Assembly: GCA_000002445.1 (NCBI GenBank)
Contig: CM000208.1
Location: 3,392,001 to 3,456,000, forward strand
Direction: 5' to 3'
DNA length: 64,000 bases
Origin: Trypanosoma brucei
Lineage: Eukaryota
In this document: one piece after another, positions 23,601 to 31,730 of the stretch
How the letters are laid out: the number at the start of each line of letters is the position of its first letter
Numbering within the stretch: position 1 is the first letter of the stretch
Translations under genes and position numbers: made by a program
The notes under the pieces: model-generated
What the model was told of the DNA's origin: nothing
Seen by the model: the letters and a program-made list of their open reading frames with translations, nothing else
Database searches by the model: none

Positions 23601-23775
23601 AATTTAGTACGCCTGATCTCTGCACACCGTCTCCGTCCCTTTCCCTGCGAGGTTTCCGCCCCAGCTTCATTTTACCAGTGGCCCTAGCAGCCGGCTTCTT
23701 ACTTATCTTGCCCCCACCGTTGCCATCACGGCGTAAGACCATCGGTACAGAATAGCTCAAATTTCTCGCACACAC
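20620..23775 (-). CDS. UTP14: U3 snoRNP / SSU processome component UTP14 homologue
   Basis: The Utp14 signature region 'NRIKSKTYRRILRHEKERERERREKAFELLHPEKA...ITQKHKNTSKWVRHAKRF' parallels the conserved KSKKYH(K/R)...SLKH(K/Q)N(T/S)GKWAK block. The C-terminal 'DDVDADFLAEK...ATLPGWGEWGG...VIINHDGVELVP...RHPYGPEWNS' matches the Utp14 DDV-x-DFL / LPGWGxWxG / PYPF-type C-terminal motifs. The protein is highly acidic and basic, with a (GAT)n-encoded poly-Asp tract. Confidence 0.8.
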   Translation of the reverse strand: MCARNLSYSVPMVLRRDGNGGGKISKKPAARATGKMKLGRKPRRERDGDGVQRSGVLNLNNPLIPPEFDEDIDDDLAFNSDDEEMYGHFFTKKRTSEALAPPKARSKQNGKKPSGKRCEGEDDMDGEDNALLLQQLRALGEIDGPEDLDFHEKDDDDDDDCIDIADMLDAAQGAEDSNRGETAATRRKKKKKRVDEDGITKKRRRSGVTEEDESIYGPASGVTDSKFGSAMQEMIAAAPKTAAQSRLQRSLANKNNLISVDVDDYTKERAMREKVREVVSQDLEKYKSFLRSYHESKHIQLPMRMPESNPVPSTLGAIVAAAEANLVVDKHEGATTSATSIATDGMTGNATRTSAFRLAGKVNSLLTKAGISKAQLVSEQRGDGIVPFDTNDNDDGVEDTGDLCRRRGRESDAPTTSYMAKLKAMLSYENARRRRVNRIKSKTYRRILRHEKERERERREKAFELLHPEKARAKLAERLMKARVEERITQKHKNTSKWVRHAKRFAQFDEATKDAINEQHMLHDRLMRKMEEDADADAFLNAANEDGGGSEASSEEERVVDRIIADATEKLSGQEGAHGTDSSKKKLTSLLWRGVDDDVEESQVVAAANMTPTEKARAELRGMKFMQQAKEREEKRYEEVLDQIQEDIRRKACGEAVDSDDEPSDFPEDVEDLDAAEPRRVGAPRSLPAKSNASLGRLTFQKEGKEDGGKTTVKVMENIQLKRRRGIDAREGQQKETSQNNVGESSEGGDEEGPMRESGSDDEAVIENTRPAPIVKGKVDRTKPKGEFAGLRKAKTVPPPALSIDTPTPSTAGKRSISTRTTILPKVTKRPRDQSSSFGESERKGTTASNPTNKMGVAQQENSREEGDDEEALLKQQEYLIARAFAQDDVDADFLAEKTAQVTNIMKPVDKNATLPGWGEWGGSDPRLNIKHQAKLHEMELQREIQKTTLLKSRADAALDHVIINHDGVELVPDRMLLHMIPRPFSNPTEFARSMRHPYGPEWNSAISFKEANQPRVEVRQGHVVAPLDLSLRGKKVAKTKRRKGEITTRV

Positions 23776-23859
23776 TTAAATGAAAGAAGCTCTACCACCA
23801 AACAGGTCTCTTCGTTGCACTTGCTAGACGGCGAGCGAAAGGGGCACCGCCAATGCGTT

Positions 23860-23950
23860 GGGTAATAGTGGAAAGGAGGGAAAAGGAGCCATTACATACA
23901 GAGTTTGGTCGAAAGGAAAAGAAAATAGAGTAAGAAAGGTGTTCAAAAAA
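23860..23950 (-). promoter_or_regulatory. Sense-strand polypyrimidine tract upstream of UTP14 CDS
   Basis: A plus-strand purine run ('ggaaaggagggaaaaggagcc...gaaaggaaaagaaaatagagtaagaaagg') lies 90-170 nt 5' of the ATG at 23775 on the sense strand. Confidence 0.35.
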
Positions 23951-24474
23951 TATTCACTTCCTCATTGTTGTTGAGAACTCAATGATGAGAGACTACCTAC
24001 ATTTACACAACACATATGGTGCTCGTGCAATCAATGACTTTCTTTTTCCTCCTTTCCCCTGTCTTCGTTTCAAACTTGCACACACACACATACATACGTA
24101 TATATATATATATATGTAATTATCTACATTCCGCCGATACTCCGCACACAATAAGGTTACCTTCACCAAGAAGATCATACAAAAACCAATATCAGTACAC
24201 CTCTGCTTCTAAACGAAACGAAACTAGAAACAGAGTGGAAAACACGACCGTATATTTTGAAATCTAAACTCTAACTCCACCACTACAATCGTCCCAGCTA
24301 GTCGTAGTTCTGGTGCCGGCACCTTCACTTCCAACCATCAACAGCAGGTTGACGAAGAGGTATCGTATTCCATAGCTCACAAAAGGGTGGAGAGAAGTGA
24401 GTACGGTCCCCCAACGCGTATTGGCAAAAAGGGCTTCCAACGCCATATAATTTCACCCAATTTCGTAAACTCAC

Positions 24475-27400
24475 CTATTTGGACTTAACGAGTGAGGCGA
24501 GGGCACGTATTTCCTGGCTCCCAAAAGATTTGGACGTGGGCTTCCGATGAAGGCGCCTGCGAGGAGAGAAATCTTCCACTTCGGGTATACTCGGAAGCCG
24601 AGGAAGGACGGGACGCCGCGGTAAACCTTTTCCCGCCCTCCCGTCACCCATGGCTATCCTCTTAAGACCAAGTAGCCTGAAGGGATCCCTACCGTCTCCC
24701 GCATGCTCACCTTCAGCCTTCTTTTTCTCTTCCTCTTGATTGGAGAATATTACGGTCGGTGGCTCCCATTTGAAGGAACGCGCAACCGCATGCTGCCCTG
24801 GGCCCTTTTGGTTCTTCGGAAGATAGGCTTGACTTTTCCTTCCGTCCTCACTAAACGCGACCCCGCTAACATTTGCGTGTTGCTGTCCAGAAGAAGGTCG
24901 CGCGACGCCCTCCCTCGTTGCGCCCCCGTGCTTAGGGCCTGCGCCTTGCATCATCGCAGATGTTACGCGCCCCTCTCTGCCCTTTTCTGCACCCACTCCT
25001 GCAAAGTTATTCCAGTGATATCTCCCTTCGGGCGTGACCCAGTCACCACCATCTGCTAAGAGATTAGGGCGTTTATACCCACTTACAACTGGAGCGACCT
25101 CATTTCGCCACTGCCCCTTGCTGCCAGATGGTGCCTTCCCCTTTGCGTTTTCTTGTGGATTTATCCATTTTTCAACTACAACACCAGGTTCCGGAACCAC
25201 CTCGGCCACAACCTTTGTTTGCTTCCCTTCCTCATGATGGGGGCTCTGTTGACCACTCTCTTCCAAAACTGAATCAGGAGTGGATGGTTTCGGGGTAGTG
25301 TAAAACATGCTCTCATAAGCAGCCCTTTCGGCAGCCTCCTTTCTGCGACGTTGGCGTTCTTCCAAGTCCCGTCTTTGCTTTCGTGAAAGAAAGATCAAAC
25401 TCCTCCTCCCCCGAACACTGATCTCAGTCTTTGACGACTGCGATTGGGTTTGTAGATCCTTTTGCTCCGCGTCACCACTCTCATCCTCATCATGCGAGAC
25501 CTGAAAGGACACTCGTCCCTCTTCCGTGATCCCAACCCTCAATTTTTCGTTACGCCCCCCAACAAAAATATTTTCGGGTGGAGGAGGGGCCTCACTCGTC
25601 TTAGGTCTGGAAGCAGGCTTGCCGTTCCGCCCAGTTGTCCCCTCATTGTCTTTGCCGCATCTTCTCCCCGGCCTGGCTCCGACTGCTACGGTGGAAACAT
25701 CTCCATCTTCTATATAAAGAAGCGTCTCCGCCATATGGTATGGTTGGTTGCCGCTGGTGCTCGTGAAGCCCGTGTTTAGGCCACCATGAGTTATTTGTCT
25801 CATTGCCCTTCCCCAGTCATCTTCGTCATAGTTTGCCTGCGTCATTGCATCATCACGAAGCGAGGACAGCACACTTCCGGAGCAGCCCTTCGAGGTAAGT
25901 TTACCTCTGCTGAGTTTCTCCACTGTCGGCGTAAGCTGTCGGCCCTCGCTCCGATGGAATACCGGGCTATCGATTGCGGCGGGGTTGATAACAGATCGAC
26001 CCCGCCTCGACCCATCGGCAGTATGTACGGCGCTACCTTTGCTGGCCAGAAGCCCATAGGGGTCCCCAGAAGCTGAGAGGCTGCGTCCCTTCTTTCGGTT
26101 ATGTTGCCTTTCAGAAAGAAGTTTTCCCTTATCAGTCTCTTGTTGATCAACCCGTGGTGTGGATAATGGTGGTACAACATAACGAGCATAGTCGTCGATT
26201 GGGACCATACGGGGAGGCGTTCCGGGACTTCCACCGTCCCCTTCATCTAGAGCCAACACGGATGAACAATGTGGCTTCACTTCTGCAGTGTGCTGTGCTG
26301 TAGCCAGCGAATCCCCGATGGTGCTTTCACTCATAAGCACCTCACTCACATTTCTATCCAAGGAAGAAAGGAATCGAGCAAATGTCGAATTGGCCACGTG
26401 ACTGCTGTTGCGCTGCGCCTTGCTATCGATGCCAAAATCAAATTGTGCATTGTGCGAGCTCGCTATTTCTCCTGTACTTTGGTGGAACGAAAGAATTGCG
26501 TTACTATCGAGCAGTGATGGACAGCGAGCCCAGATGGGAAGCATACCGAGGTACGTGGAGCATTCATTGGCCTCGACGAGAAAATCGTTTGCAACATCAA
26601 CAACTCCCTGGCAAGATTGCTGGCACTCCGGTTTCGACCCTTTTCCTTCTCGGGCATTATCACGACGGATGGCAAGACTCTCACATATCTCGGTCTCCAG
26701 CTTTATAGGTTCGTGCGGGCGCTCGGGAATGAAAGATTGCGCCAGTGTGGTATGTAACTCATCCCATGTGGAAAGGGCAGTGTAGGCATTAGCTATCGTA
26801 TCAAAGAAGCGAGAAACATACATCTCGGCGGCTGCATTAATAATATCACAGCATATAGCTTCGCAGTGCATTTCAGCCGCGAGACGTTCCGTAGCCTCCA
26901 AGACAAGCACATCGGCCATGCTAACCACGGGGCACGGTTGACTTGTTTCCGAGGCCTGCGCTTCTGAACAATTCTGATGAGAGCCGACACTTTTCGAAAG
27001 CAAGCTCTGCACAGATGGGGCTCTCATCCTCGCCGTCCGCGGCGACGTAGTCGCGGGTGTGGAAGTTGCTGGTGTGGCAACTGTTGTTGTGGGAGACGGG
27101 AGAAATTTCACAGGCACAATTAATTTAAAGTCGTTTTGCTGCTGCAACTTAGTGATCTTCACTGCTGCAACGCGTGCCCCACGAGTTGCATTTGCCAGTC
27201 CAATCTTTTCTGCGTTTTCAATGACCTCCACCGAATGCGAGGCGGAAAACTCTACTTTGGGTACAGTGAGGAGCGAAACCGGCGGCCTCCCTTCTTGAGA
27301 ATCAGCCAATTCCCATCCAGCACGCAAATTCCTACCAACAGAGGTGGCTCCACCTTCTGCATGTGACGCGTGAGTGAGGGACAACTCACATGCCCCGGTA

Positions 27401-28050
27401 CCGTGTAGTCCTTGATCTGCTGCTCCCCTTTCATCTACTGCCTCGGAACTCTTGAAAAAAATGACACCCTCCGGGGAAGGTGCACCTCCTTTCCTATCAT
27501 CAGTGTCAATTGATCGCAGACGTCTACGCTTGGCGCTCGCCACAGTTCGGGTCGTGTCAGGCTGAGGAGCACTACCGACTCGAAAAACGTCAGCTGAAGT
27601 TGCCCTCTCTGACTCCTGCACCGTGTTGCACACCGTCTCGGGCGAAGGCTCAACATTTGTCCCGCGGGGAATGCTACTTGTGGTTCCATCAACGCTCTTC
27701 TCTGACCTTTTCGCCAGACGTTCCTGCATGAGTTGTGCACGGGGATAAAGCATCTCTACCGCCGTGTCGTACTCCTTTGTAAGGAGTTCTTCACAGTAAA
27801 CTTTGAGGTGTACGTCCTCCGCGTCCAATGCTATGGGATCAGGAAAGAATGCTGGCATAACAGGCATTAATGGGACGTCATCGGTAGACGTTCCTCGTGT
27901 TCCTGATAAGGCACTAAGCCGCCCACTTGACGGTGCAGACCGCTGGCCGCGGCCGGTGCCAGAGCGCGGTCTCACGTCCGGTGTGTGAGCACTCATTGTT
28001 TGTGACACTGCACTCCGCAATCCACCTCTATCGAGGGGAACAATAATCAA
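24475..28050 (-). CDS. Hypothetical protein, large (1191 aa), low-complexity, S/P/T/G/R-rich, likely intrinsically disordered
   Basis: A long uninterrupted minus-strand ORF sits in register with the directional gene cluster. GC content is coding-like and unlike the spacers. No recognisable catalytic or structural motif was found. Confidence 0.5.
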   Translation of the reverse strand: MIIVPLDRGGLRSAVSQTMSAHTPDVRPRSGTGRGQRSAPSSGRLSALSGTRGTSTDDVPLMPVMPAFFPDPIALDAEDVHLKVYCEELLTKEYDTAVEMLYPRAQLMQERLAKRSEKSVDGTTSSIPRGTNVEPSPETVCNTVQESERATSADVFRVGSAPQPDTTRTVASAKRRRLRSIDTDDRKGGAPSPEGVIFFKSSEAVDERGAADQGLHGTGACELSLTHASHAEGGATSVGRNLRAGWELADSQEGRPPVSLLTVPKVEFSASHSVEVIENAEKIGLANATRGARVAAVKITKLQQQNDFKLIVPVKFLPSPTTTVATPATSTPATTSPRTARMRAPSVQSLLSKSVGSHQNCSEAQASETSQPCPVVSMADVLVLEATERLAAEMHCEAICCDIINAAAEMYVSRFFDTIANAYTALSTWDELHTTLAQSFIPERPHEPIKLETEICESLAIRRDNAREGKGSKPECQQSCQGVVDVANDFLVEANECSTYLGMLPIWARCPSLLDSNAILSFHQSTGEIASSHNAQFDFGIDSKAQRNSSHVANSTFARFLSSLDRNVSEVLMSESTIGDSLATAQHTAEVKPHCSSVLALDEGDGGSPGTPPRMVPIDDYARYVVPPLSTPRVDQQETDKGKLLSERQHNRKKGRSLSASGDPYGLLASKGSAVHTADGSRRGRSVINPAAIDSPVFHRSEGRQLTPTVEKLSRGKLTSKGCSGSVLSSLRDDAMTQANYDEDDWGRAMRQITHGGLNTGFTSTSGNQPYHMAETLLYIEDGDVSTVAVGARPGRRCGKDNEGTTGRNGKPASRPKTSEAPPPPENIFVGGRNEKLRVGITEEGRVSFQVSHDEDESGDAEQKDLQTQSQSSKTEISVRGRRSLIFLSRKQRRDLEERQRRRKEAAERAAYESMFYTTPKPSTPDSVLEESGQQSPHHEEGKQTKVVAEVVPEPGVVVEKWINPQENAKGKAPSGSKGQWRNEVAPVVSGYKRPNLLADGGDWVTPEGRYHWNNFAGVGAEKGREGRVTSAMMQGAGPKHGGATREGVARPSSGQQHANVSGVAFSEDGRKSQAYLPKNQKGPGQHAVARSFKWEPPTVIFSNQEEEKKKAEGEHAGDGRDPFRLLGLKRIAMGDGRAGKGLPRRPVLPRLPSIPEVEDFSPRRRLHRKPTSKSFGSQEIRALASLVKSK

Positions 28051-28405
28051 TATATGCTCTAATCACAATTGATTTGAGACGTAAGAGCTGAAAGGGAAGA
28101 AAATACATATGTGCAGACAAGTACTTGTATACTTTTGCTAATAAGCAGTCGGAAATATATATATATATATATATATCAAAGCGAGATATGGACATTACCC
28201 CCGTCCGTGCAAAACGTGCCACAACAATTTAAACGATTGAGTGAACATGGAGTCTTCACAACCCTCCCCCCCCTCCCCATCACACACGTACATCCGTATA
28301 AAATAATGCCAGCAAACCAGCACGTGCACACATACATGTATACGTGTACGTAGAGCTCCCGATGTCGGCAGACCACATTGATTTAAACCTACTTCCTCTG
28401 GTGCA

Positions 28406-28407
<2 letters not shown>

Positions 28408-28436
<29 letters not shown>
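28408..28436. repeat. (TA)n microsatellite immediately 3' of the small ORF 28441..28839
   Basis: Read directly: 'gatatatatatatatatatatatatatatatatt'. Confidence 0.9.
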
Positions 28437-28440
<4 letters not shown>

Positions 28441-28839
28441 TCACGCGGTACCGCTTTTTGGCGTTAATTTCGTAGGAGGCTTCGGAGTAAACTCCAGTCC
28501 ACTGTAATGCGCTGCCCGTTTAGCTCGTTCAATGTCACTCTGTTTGACAGCATAAGTATTCTGAAGGCTTCTGTAGTGTTCCACCTTCTCCAACAACAGG
28601 GCGTATTCTGGACCGCTTAACGGGCATGATTCATCATTTTTCATTTCTTCAAATCGCTTGGCAAAAGAAAACTGTTGCAAATTTGCCGTAGAGGTTCCTG
28701 CAGCACAAAGAAGCTGCGGAGAAATGCGCCACATGTGTTCGCTACTGGTCACACTTGAACCGGTGTTACCCTTAATGGAAAAGTGGCGCAGCGAAACTCC
28801 ACAAATAGGCAACCAAGCCTTTAAGCTTAACGATAGCAC
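28441..28839 (-). CDS. Hypothetical small protein (132 aa)
   Basis: A minus-strand ORF with coding-like composition sits between two genes with typical spacer lengths. No motif was recognised. It could be a small mitochondrial or other conserved kinetoplastid protein. Confidence 0.3.
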   Translation of the reverse strand: MLSLSLKAWLPICGVSLRHFSIKGNTGSSVTSSEHMWRISPQLLCAAGTSTANLQQFSFAKRFEEMKNDESCPLSGPEYALLLEKVEHYRSLQNTYAVKQSDIERAKRAAHYSGLEFTPKPPTKLTPKSGTA

Positions 28840-29310
28840 GCGCCAAAAATAAAAGGGAGGAAATAGGTTTTTACGGGGGGTTTAAATAATAGAGCCACAA
28901 ACACCACAACGTTACCCTCTCGGTCCGTCGGGATTTTGCATAAGCGAATATCAGTGGTGATAGTGACACGTAGTTGTTGTTATAATAACTTGGAAAGAAA
29001 ATAGACCGCAACGAAGGAAGAGAACAGACTTTAAATAGGCAAGCATACCATTTTTCATCCATACCATCTTTCAGGGACATGTGCCATTGGAGCGCCACGA
29101 TGTCTATTTAATCGCCACTTCCCAACTGTCGCTTTTACCTCCGACTGTAACGGCCCCCTTCCCCAAATCCTTCTCTCGCGTACACACAAACAATCTTGTT
29201 ATTTCTCTCAACAACATTCCCACAGGGGTCAGTGGCTTTCCTCACTACTGCAAGTAAGCCAAAACACGTGGACACCATCCACAACTCCACACACCTCAAG
29301 TCGGCGACTG

Positions 29311-30288
29311 TTATGATGTGCGAGTCTTCTTTGTCCCTTTAGAAGCCTGCTGATGCTTCATTAAGGTCTCCAACTCCGTGAGTTCCTGCTGAAGTTCCAT
29401 TAGTTCCTCTTCTGTCTCCGCTGCTGCCATCTTTTCCTCTAGAGCCTCGAGCCGGGCTTGCAGGGCGTTGCTTGCCTCCTCCTCCTCACCAGCTTCTGCT
29501 GCAACAGGAGTAGCGAAAGTTTCCACCTTAGATGCCGCCGGTTCAGGTGCAGTATCGGCACTGCCGTTTTTGGAAGCTGCCTCACGTGCGTGGCGACTGC
29601 GTTTTCGTATTTTCTTAACAGATTCTGAGGCACTCGCATCGGCTTCAGTGGGTGCACTGTTTTGTTGCAGGAGTTGTTTCGCCTCAAGGCGGCGCCATCC
29701 CTCCACAAGCCCAACAAACTCTTTCCGCATCGTTTCCACGTTCTGCCTGTCGACCTGTGTAACGCGTTGGTAGTTGACTAGTTTCAGAGTTGGGCACAAA
29801 AAAACGACAAATGCCCGGAGGCGCGCATTATCTTCGCTAATGGTAATTGGATTGTGCTCAATAGAGAGAATTTCCAATTTCTTCCAGTGTGAAAGGAACA
29901 AAAGATCACGCAGTTCCCGGAACTCGTTGTGGTCCGCTACGAAGGCACGCAAATTCGGTAGCACAGTTGCACATGTTGCTTCACTCACATGTGTAAGACG
30001 GTTACGGTGCACAACAAGCGTTTGTAACCGCAGCATCATCCTACTCGCCGGTTTGGCTGAGCCGTTCTGAGCCGCTGCCGTCGCTAACGGCGCGCTGTCG
30101 CCAGGAAAGTACTCCAGCCGCGCCAGCGGGTTTTGCGAAAGATTCAGTACGTCAAAGCTGTCATTCAAAAATGTAAGCGTGTGCTCCTCAAGGACGGTTA
30201 TCCCGAGGCCACGAAGGTCCAATTCGCGCTGACGCAACGCATTGGTGAACTGCGGTGCCCGTCTGATGGTGTCAAGAGTCAGCCTCAT
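29311..30288 (-). CDS. U2A': U2 snRNP protein A' (U2A' / trypanosomatid U2-40K) homologue
   Basis: The N-terminus 'LTLDTIRRAPQFTNALRQRELDLRGLGITVLEE' closely parallels human SNRPA1 'LTAELIEQAAQYTNAVRDRELDLRGYKIPVIEN'. It is followed by LRR units ('LNLSQNPLARLEYFPG', 'LQTLVVHRNRLTHV', 'LPNLRAFVADHNEF', 'LSIEHNPIT') and an LRR-cap-like 'RAFVVFLCPTLKLVNYQRV'. The tail is an acidic coiled coil. Confidence 0.75.
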   Translation of the reverse strand: MRLTLDTIRRAPQFTNALRQRELDLRGLGITVLEEHTLTFLNDSFDVLNLSQNPLARLEYFPGDSAPLATAAAQNGSAKPASRMMLRLQTLVVHRNRLTHVSEATCATVLPNLRAFVADHNEFRELRDLLFLSHWKKLEILSIEHNPITISEDNARLRAFVVFLCPTLKLVNYQRVTQVDRQNVETMRKEFVGLVEGWRRLEAKQLLQQNSAPTEADASASESVKKIRKRSRHAREAASKNGSADTAPEPAASKVETFATPVAAEAGEEEEASNALQARLEALEEKMAAAETEEELMELQQELTELETLMKHQQASKGTKKTRTS

Positions 30289-30833
30289 AAAGTGTTTTTG
30301 CCTTCGGGCTCTTTGCCGTCTCTCGTCTCAACCACCTCAGCCTGTAACGAAATCAAAGTGAGGGCATTTGATGGTAACGTTATTATGAGATTAGTCGAGA
30401 AAGGGAGAAGGAACAATAAGATAAAAGGACTGACGTACGTTACCGCAGCACGAGGTTTTATTACGTGAAACATGTACAGTGTCGGCGACACTAGAATGGA
30501 TGCCACCCCACGAAAAGAGATTTCACGGTAACACCATGGCAACCAAATGTGAAAACTACGCAATAAAATACGCTCGACAACAAACGAAATAAAGAAAAAT
30601 AAGTGCACAACAGAGTCCACACCCCCCCCCCAACTCAACAACTGGGAGAATTACTTGCATGTAGAGAAACGTATGTACGGTCGCTACGCCCCACAAGTCT
30701 CCCCTTCCCACTGAGACTAAGCCACCCAACAGAAGTGGAAGTAAGAAACACCTTCACCTCGGATCGCAGCATCCACAAGTGCTTGCTTTTTTTTTTTTTT
30801 CAATGCACGAGCCTTCACAAACTGTGCAAGCCA

Positions 30834-31196
30834 CTAAGATTCGTGCGAAGTCTTAGCCTCTTTGTCCTGCTTTATGAAAATGCGACGATACCCCTTCAGC
30901 TCACCCTTTTCGTTATGTATAGGCTCTAATCTGTAAGATGACATGGGTGCTGTATTTGGTTGCAAACCTTGTGTCAATTTGTCCATTGGCGCCAATGTCG
31001 GAGCAAAGTACGCAATGCCTAAAGCAAGTAATAGCAGTGGCCCGGCAAGTACAAACTCACGGAATCCCATGGGAATATGGGCATAGCATGTTGCGATACG
31101 AAGAAGATATGGGTTCTTCTTTGGTACCGGAACTGCGTTAGCAATACCCTGAGACGTGGGGATGGCACTTGACCGTCGCTGCACCTCCTCGCTCAT
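30834..31196 (-). CDS. Hypothetical small membrane protein (120 aa, one predicted TM helix)
   Basis: The ORF is in register with the minus-strand cluster and has one hydrophobic segment, 'FVLAGPLLLLALGIAYFAP'. Neighbouring spacers are 540 bp on each side. No family was recognised. Confidence 0.35.
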   Translation of the reverse strand: MSEEVQRRSSAIPTSQGIANAVPVPKKNPYLLRIATCYAHIPMGFREFVLAGPLLLLALGIAYFAPTLAPMDKLTQGLQPNTAPMSSYRLEPIHNEKGELKGYRRIFIKQDKEAKTSHES

Positions 31197-31730
31197 GTTT
31201 GCTCCACACGGGAAGACCCCCTACGCTTTGATAGCAAGGTTACTACTAATACTCTTCGTCAGAGCAGGAATGATCACTTCGCTTCAGATCGAAACACTCT
31301 GCGTTCTGTAATGGGGAACTAATCTTTCACAAACCCCACCTACAAGGACAGACAGCACTTCGCTTCGTTAACTTGTCCTCGGTAACAGAAAAAAAAAGTA
31401 ATTGATCATAGAGGTGAACGAAGGTCATAAGGGCTACGCACTCTAGAATGAACCATGCAGGAGAGTGCGTTATACGTGCTAATGACGCAAGGCGAGAGGG
31501 TAAAGGAGGTCACGCATGGATGCTATAACTCTCTTCTGAAGGTACATAGCTTCTGCCGTTGTCTCCGTTTGGGGGAGTGATGGAACCATTACTACTATTA
31601 TTACCATTACCGTTACAACGCATATACAAGTATACATATGAATACACATACTTGTACATGTCGTCAAAGATACTCACGTTTACGTTACGAGATGCACCAC
31701 TGCGTAATTCTCGCTGTTGATTTGCTTCTC

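Noticed and set aside
21314-23755. Several 170-190-aa plus-strand ORFs (21314..21844, 23044..23550, 23174..23755)
   Set aside because: They are antisense to UTP14. They are S/L-rich low-complexity translations produced by the acidic or basic codon bias of the true gene on the other strand.
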